Part shown: positions 8,382 through 18,152 of the stretch, in pieces
Layout: every line of letters begins with the position of its first letter
How positions within the stretch are numbered: position 1 is the first letter of the stretch
DNA from: an archaeon
Lineage (GTDB): Archaea; Iainarchaeota; Iainarchaeia; Iainarchaeales; DATDZZ01
Assembly: GCA_035288565.1 (NCBI GenBank)
Contig: DATDZZ010000052.1
Span: 1-57,616 of the forward strand
Reading direction: 5' to 3'
DNA: 57,616 bases
Program-made: the position numbers and the translations under genes
Notes under the pieces: model-generated
What the model was told of the DNA's origin: nothing
Database searches by the model: none
What the model saw: the letters and a program-made list of their open reading frames with translations, nothing else

Positions 8382-8969
8382 TTTCCTTAAAAATTCTTCA
8401 ACTTTTCCTGTGACTTCTTCCAGGCTTAAATCATTTGTGTTTAAAATTAAGCCAAATACTTTTTCGTCTTTTCCAAAATCAAAGCCGTATAAATTTTTAT
8501 ATAACTCAATTGTTTTCCTTTCTTTTTCCTTTACTTTTTTCAATGCTTCTTTTTCAGAAATTTTGTCTCTTTCAGCAATTCTTCTTGCTCTTTCTTTGTC
8601 TGAAACTTCCAGCCATATTTTGATTCCTTTTTTTGAAAGCCAAGGCATTGTCCATGAATCCATTACAACATTTCCTTTTTCAATTACTTCCAAAAGCTTT
8701 TTGTCCAGGATTTTGTCAAGCGATTCTTTGGAATGAGCTGTTTCAATTCTTTTCTGAAATAGTTTTTCTCCTTCCTTGCTTTCCCAGAAACCTTGATTCT
8801 TTTTTGCTTTCGTTTCATCAATCTTTTTTTCTTTTATCAGCTGAAGGTATATCCCGCTGGAATGAACTACCTTTAAATTAAAGGTTTTCCCAATATTGTC
8901 TGCCACAGAGCTTTTTCCGCAGCCACTCCAGCCGCAAAGCAATACAATCATTTTTTTCATTACAAACAA
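8373..8969 (-). CDS. cmk: cytidylate kinase, archaeal type (AAA/NMP kinase)
   Basis: P-loop GWSGCGKSS. IWLEVSDKERARRIAERD...E.Y..YGFD resembles archaeal CMP kinases. The true start may be an internal Met (MKKMIV). Confidence 0.7.
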   Translation of the reverse strand: MFVMKKMIVLLCGWSGCGKSSVADNIGKTFNLKVVHSSGIYLQLIKEKKIDETKAKKNQGFWESKEGEKLFQKRIETAHSKESLDKILDKKLLEVIEKGNVVMDSWTMPWLSKKGIKIWLEVSDKERARRIAERDKISEKEALKKVKEKERKTIELYKNLYGFDFGKDEKVFGLILNTNDLSLEEVTGKVEEFLRKLI

Positions 8970-9013
8970 TAGGCAAGTGGAATATTTAAATATTTTAAAA
9001 TCGTTATTTATTT

Positions 9014-9427
9014 ATGCATAAAGGGAAATCTCATAAAAGAGGTGGTCAGGCCCCTAAAGATGACACGGTTTTTATTGGATACAGAATGGAAGGCAGGATA
9101 AGGGTTCCTGTAAGGGTTTCAAAAGAGGTTTTTGAAGCTCAGAAAAAAGGAATGCTAACTCAGCAGTTTATGCATGAAAAGGGAGAGCAGCCATGGGAGA
9201 TTGAAGATCCAAAAAAAAGAATGGAAGCCTTTATTAAAAACAGAATTGAAAGGCAGAAATCAACTAGGAAAGCTGCTTTAACTGCTTGGCTTCAATATTT
9301 AGAAAATCCACGGCTGTCTGAAGAATTTAGGGAAGAGGGAAAGAGAATTGCATTAGAGGAATTAAAATCAGAAAGAAAACCAACTTCTAAAAAAAGAAGA
9401 AATTTAACAGCTGAAGAAAGCCATTAA
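9014..9427 (+). CDS. hypothetical basic protein
   Basis: 137-aa Lys/Arg/Glu-rich ORF. No family recognised. Confidence 0.4.
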   Translation: MHKGKSHKRGGQAPKDDTVFIGYRMEGRIRVPVRVSKEVFEAQKKGMLTQQFMHEKGEQPWEIEDPKKRMEAFIKNRIERQKSTRKAALTAWLQYLENPRLSEEFREEGKRIALEELKSERKPTSKKRRNLTAEESH

Positions 9428-9446
9428 TTTTTTTTAATTTAATTTT

Positions 9447-10742
9447 TTATTTTGGATGCAGTCTTCCCCATTTCTCTAAAGCCTGCTTTAATTCAGTGCT
9501 TGTTTTTGCTTTTTCTTCTAAAGTTATTTTGTCGAGAGTTGCTTCTATTGCCTGCATTGTTGCTATTGCTCCTGCTTTAGTTCCTTTTGGGTGCCCGTGA
9601 ATGCCTCCGCTTACAAGCAATACAAATTCGTTGCCGAATAAATTCATTACATCAGGCACTAATCCCGGATGCAGTCCTCCGCTGGAAACAGGGAATGCTG
9701 GTTTAATGCTGTGCCACTCCTGGTTTAATAAAAATCCCTTTGATTCCTTTACTTTTGTTTCTCTTAAGGTTTCAGCAATTGATAGAACTTCTTTTTTGTC
9801 TCCCACTAATTTTCCAACTGCTGTTCCTGAATGAATTTGGTCCACTCCAATGATTCTCATTAGCTTTGCAAGGAACTGCATTGAAACTCCATGCTTTGGA
9901 TTTCTGTCAAAGCTTGCATGCATTGCTCTGTGCGCATGAATTGCCATTCCATAATCTCCTAAAACATTTCTTAAAGTTTGAACTGAAGCTGTTCCCGCTA
10001 CAACTACATCAATCATTGCATACTTCCATCCATTGTCGTGCAATAATTTTGCTCGTTTAATCATTTCATTTGTTTCTCCAGTGATATTAAGCAAAGCGTC
10101 TTTTACTTCTCCTGTTTCTTTTTCTGCTTTATCTCTGAGTCTAGTCATTAATTCAACTCTTTTATTGAAGTTATTGAATTTAGTTGATGTAAGGTTTTCG
10201 TCATCTTTAGTTAAATCAAATCCTCCAGTCCAAGTTTGAAAAGCAATGTCTGCGTGCTCTGCTGCCGAGAATCCGATTTTTGGTTTTGGCACTGCTCCAG
10301 TTAAAGGCCTTTTGTTTACTTTAAACAATTTCCTTAAACCTTTAGTTCCATGTTTTGGTCCTTTAAATGCATTCAAGTATTCCTTTGGAAAAGAAACATC
10401 AATTAATCTTAAATTATTCAATGCCTTCATTCCAAAAATGTTTCCAGCAATTCCGCTCAGCAATTGAGGAGCATTTCCTTTCTCCCATAAATCCAATGGA
10501 TAAGCAACTTTCACATAATTTCCGTTGACTTCAAAGCCAGTTGCCTGAAGCTTTTTCATTCTTGGAGGAAGCTTAAACAAAGTAGTCCAAGTTCCCGTAG
10601 AACTTTCACTTGCTATTCTTCCAATTGCTTCTTCTTTGCTTATTCCTTTTGCAGGTTCAAAATAAAACAAGCACACTAAATCAGTTTTCGAAGGCTTATA
10701 ATTATTATCAACAAAATCCAGATACCATTCAACTTTTTTCAT
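9447..10742 (-). CDS. rbcL: ribulose-1,5-bisphosphate carboxylase large subunit, form III
   Basis: GGFDLTKDDENL (carbamylated Lys region), HAHRAMHA, SGGLHPG. About 430 aa with no small subunit gene nearby. Confidence 0.93.
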   Translation of the reverse strand: MKKVEWYLDFVDNNYKPSKTDLVCLFYFEPAKGISKEEAIGRIASESSTGTWTTLFKLPPRMKKLQATGFEVNGNYVKVAYPLDLWEKGNAPQLLSGIAGNIFGMKALNNLRLIDVSFPKEYLNAFKGPKHGTKGLRKLFKVNKRPLTGAVPKPKIGFSAAEHADIAFQTWTGGFDLTKDDENLTSTKFNNFNKRVELMTRLRDKAEKETGEVKDALLNITGETNEMIKRAKLLHDNGWKYAMIDVVVAGTASVQTLRNVLGDYGMAIHAHRAMHASFDRNPKHGVSMQFLAKLMRIIGVDQIHSGTAVGKLVGDKKEVLSIAETLRETKVKESKGFLLNQEWHSIKPAFPVSSGGLHPGLVPDVMNLFGNEFVLLVSGGIHGHPKGTKAGAIATMQAIEATLDKITLEEKAKTSTELKQALEKWGRLHPK

Positions 10743-10793
10743 GCAAAGAAAAGGGTTTTTTTTCTATTTAAATTTATCCCGGCATAGAGGGTT

Positions 10794-11249
10794 TCATTTT
10801 CTTGGCCTTCTTTGCAGCCTGTCTTTATTTTCCGTTCTTGGTTTTTTCTGCTGTGCTCTTTTTTTACTGATTTTTTTTTGAATGGTGGCTATATCGAAAA
10901 CAACGTGGTTTTGCCTTGCAGTCAATGGATTTGTTTCCATGAAATTTTGCTTTAAGTGAAGCACGATTTCATCAGCTTTTTTTTCTTCACTTGACAGTTT
11001 TTCAATTGCTTTCTGTACTTTGAAGTTTAAGGAATTTTCAGAGAAACGCACATTATTTCTTTGATTGACTTCTCGGACATGCTGCTCTGTTGTATTGCAG
11101 ATATTTGCTATTCCCGGGAAAGTGAATAAAGTGTTTGAAAGAAATTTTGAAATAATTTCTTCAATTTCTTTTCTGTTGAATTCTTTTGTTACGGCTTTTT
11201 TTTGTTCATCAAGTATTCTGACAGCGAATTTTTCTTTTCTTTCAGCCAT
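10794..11249 (-). CDS. hypothetical protein with a C-terminal basic RRPRK tail
   Basis: Last gene of three overlapping minus-strand genes. Ends ...KKPRTENKDRLQRRPRK. Confidence 0.45.
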   Translation of the reverse strand: MAERKEKFAVRILDEQKKAVTKEFNRKEIEEIISKFLSNTLFTFPGIANICNTTEQHVREVNQRNNVRFSENSLNFKVQKAIEKLSSEEKKADEIVLHLKQNFMETNPLTARQNHVVFDIATIQKKISKKRAQQKKPRTENKDRLQRRPRK

Positions 11250-11811
11250 TTTTTTTTCCTTCTTTTCTTTTCTCTTTTAATTTTTCTTCGATTTTTTTGA
11301 ATTCAAGTTCATGCAATTGCTTTGAGCAGAACTCAAAAAATTTTTTAAGGTCTTTTTCATTTCTTTTTTCTTTCACATATAAGTGTGTTTGAAATAATAA
11401 ATCTAATCTGTCCAACTGCCTTACAAGCTTTGCTTCCTTTGATTCGTTTTCTTCAAATTCAAGCCATAAATCAATTATTTCCTTTCCTGTTACTGGGTCA
11501 AGGTTTTCAGTTATTTTTTCTAATGCTTCTTTTTCCATTAAAAATTTTTGTTCACTGCTGATGTTATTATTTTTTTGATCCTGCGGAGTGATGTCTCCGA
11601 CAACTACTTCAGCTAAGTCATGAATTAAAGCCATTTTAATGCATTTCAATTCATTTAACTGAAACTGTTTTGCAAAAACGAAAGCCATTAAAGCAGTGCT
11701 CCATGAATGATCGGCAACGCTTTCACTGTCTTTCACTGGAAACTGAATCCAGCCCTGTCTATTTAAATCCTTTAATTTAATTGCCTGCAAAAAAAATTCA
11801 ATCAAATTCAT
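11242..11811 (-). CDS. HD-domain phosphohydrolase (YfbR-like 5'-deoxynucleotidase family)
   Basis: ESVADHSW ... IHDLAEVVVGDITP match the H...HD...D metal-binding motifs. Confidence 0.8.
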   Translation of the reverse strand: MNLIEFFLQAIKLKDLNRQGWIQFPVKDSESVADHSWSTALMAFVFAKQFQLNELKCIKMALIHDLAEVVVGDITPQDQKNNNISSEQKFLMEKEALEKITENLDPVTGKEIIDLWLEFEENESKEAKLVRQLDRLDLLFQTHLYVKEKRNEKDLKKFFEFCSKQLHELEFKKIEEKLKEKRKEGKKNG

Positions 11812-12382
11812 TTTCTTCCTCTTCTTCCTTTTCTTTTTTCCTTTCTTGAATTTCTTTCTTTATTGCTTCTTCCTGTTTTAGTCTTTTTGCTCTGATAATT
11901 CCTGCTCTCCTGTAAATTTCTTCTAATGTTAAAGGAGCCCCTGAAAAATGCACGTCATATTTACTTTCTTCCCTTATTTTTTTCGTTTCTTTGCTTTTTT
12001 TTAAGGAATTAAATCTCAGTCTTACATATTTTAATGGAACATCTGTGCCTTCAGCTATTTGTTCTAAGCTGAATCCTTTTTCAATTAACTCCGTTACAAG
12101 TTGTTTCATTTCATTAGTCACTCTTGGAATTACAGATCTATTGAATTCTAGTCGCAGTACATGCCTTTCATTTAATTGCTTTATTTTTGTTAAAATCGAT
12201 GAATTTGCATAACTAATTCCTTTTGATGCAAGCAGTGAATTAATTCTTGATGCATATGACTTTAATGATTCGTTTCTTGGAGGGTTGGCATTAATTATAT
12301 TTATTATTGTTTGATTTATTTCTTCAATTCTTTGTCTTAATTTTTTTACTCTTCCAAAAAATCTTTTTGTCATAAGTTTCAA
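11798..12382 (-). CDS. hypothetical protein, possible HTH, acidic C-terminus
   Basis: GFSLEQIAEGTDVPLKYVRLRF looks like a helix-turn-helix. Overlaps the HD gene by 14 nt. Confidence 0.45.
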   Translation of the reverse strand: MKLMTKRFFGRVKKLRQRIEEINQTIINIINANPPRNESLKSYASRINSLLASKGISYANSSILTKIKQLNERHVLRLEFNRSVIPRVTNEMKQLVTELIEKGFSLEQIAEGTDVPLKYVRLRFNSLKKSKETKKIREESKYDVHFSGAPLTLEEIYRRAGIIRAKRLKQEEAIKKEIQERKKEKEEEEENEFD

Positions 12383-12417
12383 ATAATTTAATGAGTTGTT
12401 TGTATTTATTTATTTGT

Positions 12418-12648
12418 ATGAATTTCAATGAAAAGGTTTACAGTAAACTTAAATTGATTCCGGAAGGAAAGGTAACCACTTACAAAGAAATAGCGAAAGC
12501 CATTGGAAACCCGAAAGCTTTCAGGGCAGCGGGAAATGCCTGTAATAAAAATCCTTTTGCTCCTCAGGTTCCGTGCCATAGAGTTGTTTCAAGCAGTGGA
12601 AGCATTGGAGGATATGCTTTTGGGTTGAAAAAAAGATTGCTTTATTGA
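12418..12648 (+). CDS. ogt: methylated-DNA--protein-cysteine methyltransferase (MGMT/Ogt DNA-binding domain), apparently frameshifted near its 3' end
   Basis: Active-site PCHRVV and the NPFAPQVPCHRVV context. The conserved C-terminal LLKKEGIEF... continues in the -1 frame to 12728 after an A7 run (12628-12634). Confidence 0.75.
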   Translation: MNFNEKVYSKLKLIPEGKVTTYKEIAKAIGNPKAFRAAGNACNKNPFAPQVPCHRVVSSSGSIGGYAFGLKKRLLY

Positions 12649-12724
12649 AGAAAGAAGGAATTGAATTTAAAAATAATAAAGTAATTGATTTTGAAGAAAA
12701 ATTATATAGATTTAAAATTTTTCA

Positions 12725-13126
12725 TTAATTCTTTTTTTTCTGTTTCTGTTTTTTTAAGAGGATTGCTCCAATAAAAACTAAAATAATTCCAATAAAAATT
12801 TGTGCTGAAAAGAATAAATTCCAGCCTTCTTCAAGAATGTTTCCAGCTCCAAGAAATATTTGGCTTAAGCCAAGTAAAACCAAAACCCAATATTTTAATT
12901 TCTTGGAATGCCTTGAAGTAAATTCAGGGAATTTAATTGCTGTTAATGTTCCTATTCCCATTGCAATAAATATTATAAATGACATTAAAAAAAATGCTTG
13001 AAATGAAACCTGAGTGCCAGTGAAAAATAAGAAGCCAGCTGCCAGCAGAACTGTAAATACATAAGAAGCAAATAAAAAAAGAATTCTTTGATTTGATGAA
13101 ATTGAATTTTTTTTATTTTTTTTCAT
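12725..13126 (-). CDS. hypothetical membrane protein (4 TM)
   Basis: Hydrophobic segments. No family recognised. Confidence 0.5.
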   Translation of the reverse strand: MKKNKKNSISSNQRILFLFASYVFTVLLAAGFLFFTGTQVSFQAFFLMSFIIFIAMGIGTLTAIKFPEFTSRHSKKLKYWVLVLLGLSQIFLGAGNILEEGWNLFFSAQIFIGIILVFIGAILLKKQKQKKKN

Positions 13127-13232
13127 AAAAATTTCTCTAAAATCTTTGATTAACTAAGGTAATTCAAATCTTATATTAATACTTCACTTTTAAAGTCAGT
13201 TTTAAATACTTCTTTTTCTTTTAAAGTATTGC

Positions 13233-14417
13233 ATGAATACCTCGAAGTTTTTGCTTTCAAAGAGAACTTATGAGTTGCCTGAAAGCATTTTCGCTAAATT
13301 GTTTCATTTAGCTGAAACTCAGAAAGAAATTATTTCTCTTGGCCCCGGGGAGCCTGATTTTGATACTCCAAAGCACGTAATCGAGGCTTCAAAAAAATAT
13401 TTGGATAAAGGCTTCACTCATTATTCTTCTTCTCAGGGAAGACCTGAATTAATTGAAGAAATTGGAAAAAAACTCAAAAAAGAAAATAAAATTAATTTAA
13501 GTGATCCTCAAAAGCAGGTTATTGTTACTTGCGGTTCAACTGAAGCTTTATTGCTTAGCTACATGACTGTAACTGATGTGACTGAAGAAATTATTGTTCC
13601 TAATCCGGGGTTTCTTGCTTACAAGCCGGGAGTGGAATTCATTGACGGTGTTCCAGTTGACTTGAATTTAAATGAAGAAGACGGCTTTCAGGTTAATCCA
13701 GATGAATTAACGAAATTAATTTCTCCTAAAACAAGAGGAATTATTGTTAACACGCCAAGCAATCCTACAGGAACTGTTTTAAAGAAAAAATTATTGGAGG
13801 AAATAGCAGACATTGCAGTGGAAAAAAATTTAATGATTTTTTCTGATGAAGCTTACGAGAAATTTGTTTTTGGAAAAGGAAAGCATTATTCAATTGGTTC
13901 ATTTAATGGAATGCAAAACAATGTAGTTACTCTTCAATCTTTTTCAAAGACCTATGCAATGCCGGGCTTTAGAGTTGGTTATGCGGCAGGCCCTGAATGG
14001 ATGATTAAGGAAATGACTCACACTCACATTTATTCAACTTTAAGTGCTCCAACAATAAGCCAGCTGGCTGCTTTCACTGCTTTGAAAGACAAAAGAAGCA
14101 TTAAGTCGATTGAAGCAATGAGAAAAGAGTATGAAAGAAGAAATAAATTGATTACTAAAAGGATTTCAGAAATAGATAAACTGCATATGAGTGTAAAGCC
14201 TGAAGGAGCTTTTTATGCTTTTCCGAAATTTGATTCAAAAATGAATTCAATTGAGTTCACTGAATGGCTGATAAAGCATGCAGGAGTAATTGCAATTCCA
14301 GGAACTGAGTTTGGAACTAATGGAGAAGGCTTGATTAGGTTCAGTTATGCAACAGAATATTCATTAATTGAAAAAGCAATGAACAAAATTGAAGAAGCTT
14401 TAAAGAAATTAAAATGA
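13233..14417 (+). CDS. class I/II PLP-dependent aminotransferase (aspartate aminotransferase-like)
   Basis: SFSKTYAMPGFRVGY (PLP lysine), NPSNPTG, GPGEPDF motifs. Confidence 0.88.
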   Translation: MNTSKFLLSKRTYELPESIFAKLFHLAETQKEIISLGPGEPDFDTPKHVIEASKKYLDKGFTHYSSSQGRPELIEEIGKKLKKENKINLSDPQKQVIVTCGSTEALLLSYMTVTDVTEEIIVPNPGFLAYKPGVEFIDGVPVDLNLNEEDGFQVNPDELTKLISPKTRGIIVNTPSNPTGTVLKKKLLEEIADIAVEKNLMIFSDEAYEKFVFGKGKHYSIGSFNGMQNNVVTLQSFSKTYAMPGFRVGYAAGPEWMIKEMTHTHIYSTLSAPTISQLAAFTALKDKRSIKSIEAMRKEYERRNKLITKRISEIDKLHMSVKPEGAFYAFPKFDSKMNSIEFTEWLIKHAGVIAIPGTEFGTNGEGLIRFSYATEYSLIEKAMNKIEEALKKLK

Positions 14418-14444
14418 ATAAAAGTAAATAAAAGTGATTAATTA

Positions 14445-15002
14445 ATGGCTGAAAAAAAATTATTGCTTGATGTGCTTTTAGATTCTCCTGATAAATTAAA
14501 TAAAAAAGAAAAAGAATTGCAGAAATTATTAAGAGACACTATTGCTGGGAGAAAAAAAGTTAAACCGCCCTACAGTATTATTACTAGATCTATTCTAATG
14601 GAAATTCCAATAAACTATGATTTTGATAATTCAAATAAGTTTCCAGAAAAAAATGAACAATTATTTTTTAGTTTTTCTAATTCAAGTATTCGCGAGGCAT
14701 TAGAATATTTTTCTCTTAAAGATAGAAAAATTTCGGTTAGGGATTTAGTGGATTTGTTTTTGTTTGCAAAAAAATATTTTCACCCTGTTTTTACAAATGA
14801 TTCAATTGAATTTACTGACAGGTTGTATAGGGCAGATATTGATGAATTTCCTTTATCTAAAGAAACCTCTGATTTTTTGAAATCGCTTTGTCGGGGAATT
14901 GAAAGAATGGCTTTAGAGCATGAAAGAAATATGTTTAAGCCTAAGACTCCTGAAAAGGGAAAAGGAGGTGGGCCTGTCAGGAAAAGAAGACCAAGAAAAT
15001 AA
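14445..15002 (+). CDS. hypothetical protein with a C-terminal basic RRPRK tail
   Basis: Ends ...GKGGGPVRKRRPRK. Followed by the hairpin aaggc/gcctt and a T7 tract. Confidence 0.45.
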   Translation: MAEKKLLLDVLLDSPDKLNKKEKELQKLLRDTIAGRKKVKPPYSIITRSILMEIPINYDFDNSNKFPEKNEQLFFSFSNSSIREALEYFSLKDRKISVRDLVDLFLFAKKYFHPVFTNDSIEFTDRLYRADIDEFPLSKETSDFLKSLCRGIERMALEHERNMFKPKTPEKGKGGGPVRKRRPRK

Positions 15003-15130
15003 GAATTCAAGGCTTTAAGCTTTGCCTTTAAATTCATTTTTTTCGCAAGTCAGTTATTTAAACTTTTTGAGCTTTCCACTAATTAATATTCAAATATTAT
15101 TGCATTAATTTTTTTGTTGAGGGGAAGATT

Positions 15131-15784
15131 TTGAAGTTTTTCATTGATTCAGCGGATGTAAAGGAAATCAGGGAAGCTAGTTCTTGGGGAATTGTTGATG
15201 GAGTAACCACAAATCCTTCTCTTGTAGCTAAAACAGGAAGAGATTTCAAGGAAGTTATTAAGGAAATTGTTTCAATTGTTGATGGTCCAATAAGTGCGGA
15301 AGTTGTTGCAACTGATTTTAACAAAATTGTTGAAGAAGGAAGAAAACTGGCGAAAATTCACGACAATATTGTTGTAAAGGTTCCAATGATTAAGGATGGA
15401 TTGAAGGCAATCAAGGAATTTTCAAACACAGGAATTAAAACTAATTGCACTTTGATTTTCAGTTCAACTCAGGCTTTAATGGCTGCAAAGGCTGGAGCAA
15501 CTTATTTGAGCCCTTTTGTAGGAAGGCTTGATGACATTGGATGCAATGGAATGAAATTAATTCAGGAATGCGTTGCAATGAAGCAGAACTATCCAAATTT
15601 GAAATCTGAAATTCTTGTTGCAAGCATAAGGCATCCATTGCACGTAATTGAGTCTCTTGAAATGGGTGCGGATGTAGCCACTCTTCCGTTTAGTGTAATG
15701 GAGCAGTTAATGAAGCATCCTTTAACTGACAAAGGTTTAAGTAAATTTTTAGAGGATGCAAAGAAAGCGAATATTCAAATTTAA
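15131..15784 (+). CDS. tal: transaldolase / fructose-6-phosphate aldolase (short type)
   Basis: [15 protein letters not shown]...GVTTNPSL and the VKVP Schiff-base Lys region. TTG start after GAGGGG. Confidence 0.92.
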   Translation: MKFFIDSADVKEIREASSWGIVDGVTTNPSLVAKTGRDFKEVIKEIVSIVDGPISAEVVATDFNKIVEEGRKLAKIHDNIVVKVPMIKDGLKAIKEFSNTGIKTNCTLIFSSTQALMAAKAGATYLSPFVGRLDDIGCNGMKLIQECVAMKQNYPNLKSEILVASIRHPLHVIESLEMGADVATLPFSVMEQLMKHPLTDKGLSKFLEDAKKANIQI

Positions 15785-15820
15785 TTATTAAAATTTAATG
15801 ACTGTTAATGATTTGATGCA

Positions 15821-16663
15821 ATGAAAAAAGTTGAATCAATTAAAGAGCTGAAAAAAATTTCTTTTGAATTAAGGAAAAAGGTTCTTGAAATGACGTTTGC
15901 TGCCGGGTGCGGCCATCCAGGAGGCCCTCTTGGAGAAGCTGATGTTTTCACTGCATTGTTTTTCAATAAAATGAATTTAAATCCATTAAATCCAAAAGAT
16001 GATTTGAGGGACAGGTTTATTTTAAGCAACGGCCACTGCGCTCCAATTCTTTACGCCTGCCTGGCAAAACAGGGTTTTTTTCCTGAAAAAGAATTAATGA
16101 ATTTAAGAAAAATGGGAAGCTTTCTTGCAGGCCATCCTGAAAGAATTTTATGCAAAGGAATTGAAACCACTACTGGAGCGTTAGGGCAGGGCTTAAGTGT
16201 GGGCAACGGAATGGCTTTAGCTGCCAAACTTGACAAGAAAAAGCATAAAATTTTTGTTCATTTAAGTGACGGAGAAATCCAGGAAGGCCAGTCATGGGAA
16301 GCGGCAATGCTTGCAGGCTTCTATAAATTAAATAATGTAATTGCTTTCATTGATGTTAATGGAATTCAAATTGATGGCTATTCAAAGAATGTAATGGATC
16401 CCGCTCCTGTAGCGGATAAATTTAAGGCATTTAATTGGAATGCAATGGAAATCAATGGAAACAATTTTGAAGAAATATTCAATGCACTGGAAGCAGCATA
16501 TAAAAGCGACAAACCTTTTGCTGTTGTCTATAAATCAGTTTTAGGGAAAGGGGTTTCTTTTATGGAAAATGTTCCTGAGTTTCATGGAAGGGCTTTAACT
16601 AAAGAAGAAATGGAGAAGGCCTTGCCTGAATTAAATAAATCAATTAATGAGTTGAGTAAATGA
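15821..16663 (+). CDS. transketolase, N-terminal (TPP-binding) subunit
   Basis: GHPGGPLG, SNGH, GDGE.QEG motifs. Overlaps the next gene by 4 nt (ATGA). Confidence 0.92.
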   Translation: MKKVESIKELKKISFELRKKVLEMTFAAGCGHPGGPLGEADVFTALFFNKMNLNPLNPKDDLRDRFILSNGHCAPILYACLAKQGFFPEKELMNLRKMGSFLAGHPERILCKGIETTTGALGQGLSVGNGMALAAKLDKKKHKIFVHLSDGEIQEGQSWEAAMLAGFYKLNNVIAFIDVNGIQIDGYSKNVMDPAPVADKFKAFNWNAMEINGNNFEEIFNALEAAYKSDKPFAVVYKSVLGKGVSFMENVPEFHGRALTKEEMEKALPELNKSINELSK

Positions 16664-17622
16664 ATTTTTTAAGGGAAAATTTTAATGAAAGCCAGGCAAC
16701 AAGAAACTCTTACGGAGAAGCTCTTGCAGAGCTTGGAGGAGATGAAAAAATTGTTGTATTGGATGCTGATTTAAGCTGCAGCACTAAAACAGCTTCATTC
16801 AAGAAAAAGTTTCCTGACAGATTTTTTAATGTCGGAGTCGCGGAAATGAATTTAATTGGAACATCAGCAGGCCTGTCCTTGGAGGGAAAGCAGGTTTTTG
16901 CTTCAACTTTTTCTGCTTTCTTAACTGGACTGCCTTACAACACTATCAGGCAAAGCATTTGCATTAATGAAGCGAATGTAAAGCTCTGCGGAACCCATTC
17001 AGGCCTTGGAGTAGGAGAAGACGGCCCAACTCATCAAATGCTTGAAGACATTTCTTTAATGCGCGGCCTGCCTAACATGAAAGTAATTGTTCCTGCAGAT
17101 GACGAGGAAACAAAGCAGGTAATAAAATTTTTATCAAAAGAAAAAGGAGCTTTTTATGTCAGGCTTACAAGACAGAATGTCCCTAAATTGTTTAATGACA
17201 AATATAAATTTGAATTAGGAAAAGCTGCAACTTTAAAGGAAGGAAATGATTTGACTTTAATTGGCTGCGGTTCATTGGTTGCTCCATGCCTGGAAGCAGC
17301 AATTGAATTGGAGAAAGAAGGAATTCACTGCAGGGTTATTAACATGAGCTCAATTAAGCCAATTGATAAGGAAGCAATAATTAAAGCAGCAAAAGAAACC
17401 AAAGCATTAATTACAGCTGAAGACCATCAAATTATTGGAGGGCTTGGCTCAGCAGTAGCTGAAGTGCTTGCAGAAAATCATCCAAAGAAATTGCTTAGAA
17501 TTGGAATGAATGACAGGTTTGGAGAAACTGGAAGCAATAAAGATTTATATAAAAAATTTGGCTTCACTAAAGAAGGAGTAATTGAAAAAGTAAAAGAATT
17601 TTATAAAAATTTAAATGAATGA
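16660..17622 (+). CDS. transketolase, C-terminal (pyrimidine-binding) subunit
   Basis: GVAEMNLIG, GEDGPTHQ motifs. Split tkt is typical of archaea. Confidence 0.92.
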   Translation: MNFLRENFNESQATRNSYGEALAELGGDEKIVVLDADLSCSTKTASFKKKFPDRFFNVGVAEMNLIGTSAGLSLEGKQVFASTFSAFLTGLPYNTIRQSICINEANVKLCGTHSGLGVGEDGPTHQMLEDISLMRGLPNMKVIVPADDEETKQVIKFLSKEKGAFYVRLTRQNVPKLFNDKYKFELGKAATLKEGNDLTLIGCGSLVAPCLEAAIELEKEGIHCRVINMSSIKPIDKEAIIKAAKETKALITAEDHQIIGGLGSAVAEVLAENHPKKLLRIGMNDRFGETGSNKDLYKKFGFTKEGVIEKVKEFYKNLNE

Positions 17623-17670
17623 ATTTAATGAAGTGAACGAATTAAAAAAAAATTAATTAAATGAATTTAG

Positions 17671-18141
17671 GTGAATGAATTGAAGTATTTTCTTGGAGCT
17701 GATCACGGGGGATTTGAATTAAAGGAAAAAATCAAGAAAAAATTATTTGGTAAAGGACTTGAAGTTGAAGATTTGGGAACAGATTCAAATGAAAGTGTTG
17801 ATTACCCTGATTTTGCTGAAAGGGTTGCAAGAAAAGTTGTTTCAGAAAAAGGAAAAGGAATTCTTGTATGCGGAACAGGAATCGGAATGAGCGTTGCAGC
17901 AAACAAAGTTCCCGGAGCAATTGCAACACTTGTGTTTGATGAAAACACTGCAAAGATGAGCAGGAATCACAATAATTCAAACATTTTATGTTTAGGGGCA
18001 AGAACAACTGATTCAGAGAAAGCTCTGCATTTAGTTGATGTCTGGCTTTCAGAGGCCTTTGAAGGCGAAAAAAAAGAAGGTTTAAGGCATAAAAAAAGAG
18101 TTGAAAAGTTTTCTGAAATAGAAAAAAAGTTTTTCAAATAA
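17671..18141 (+). CDS. rpiB: ribose-5-phosphate isomerase B (RpiB/LacAB family)
   Basis: GADHGG...CGTGIGMS...N.NILCLG. GTG start after AGGTGAA. Confidence 0.9.
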   Translation: MNELKYFLGADHGGFELKEKIKKKLFGKGLEVEDLGTDSNESVDYPDFAERVARKVVSEKGKGILVCGTGIGMSVAANKVPGAIATLVFDENTAKMSRNHNNSNILCLGARTTDSEKALHLVDVWLSEAFEGEKKEGLRHKKRVEKFSEIEKKFFK

Positions 18142-18152
18142 ACTTATTTTTT

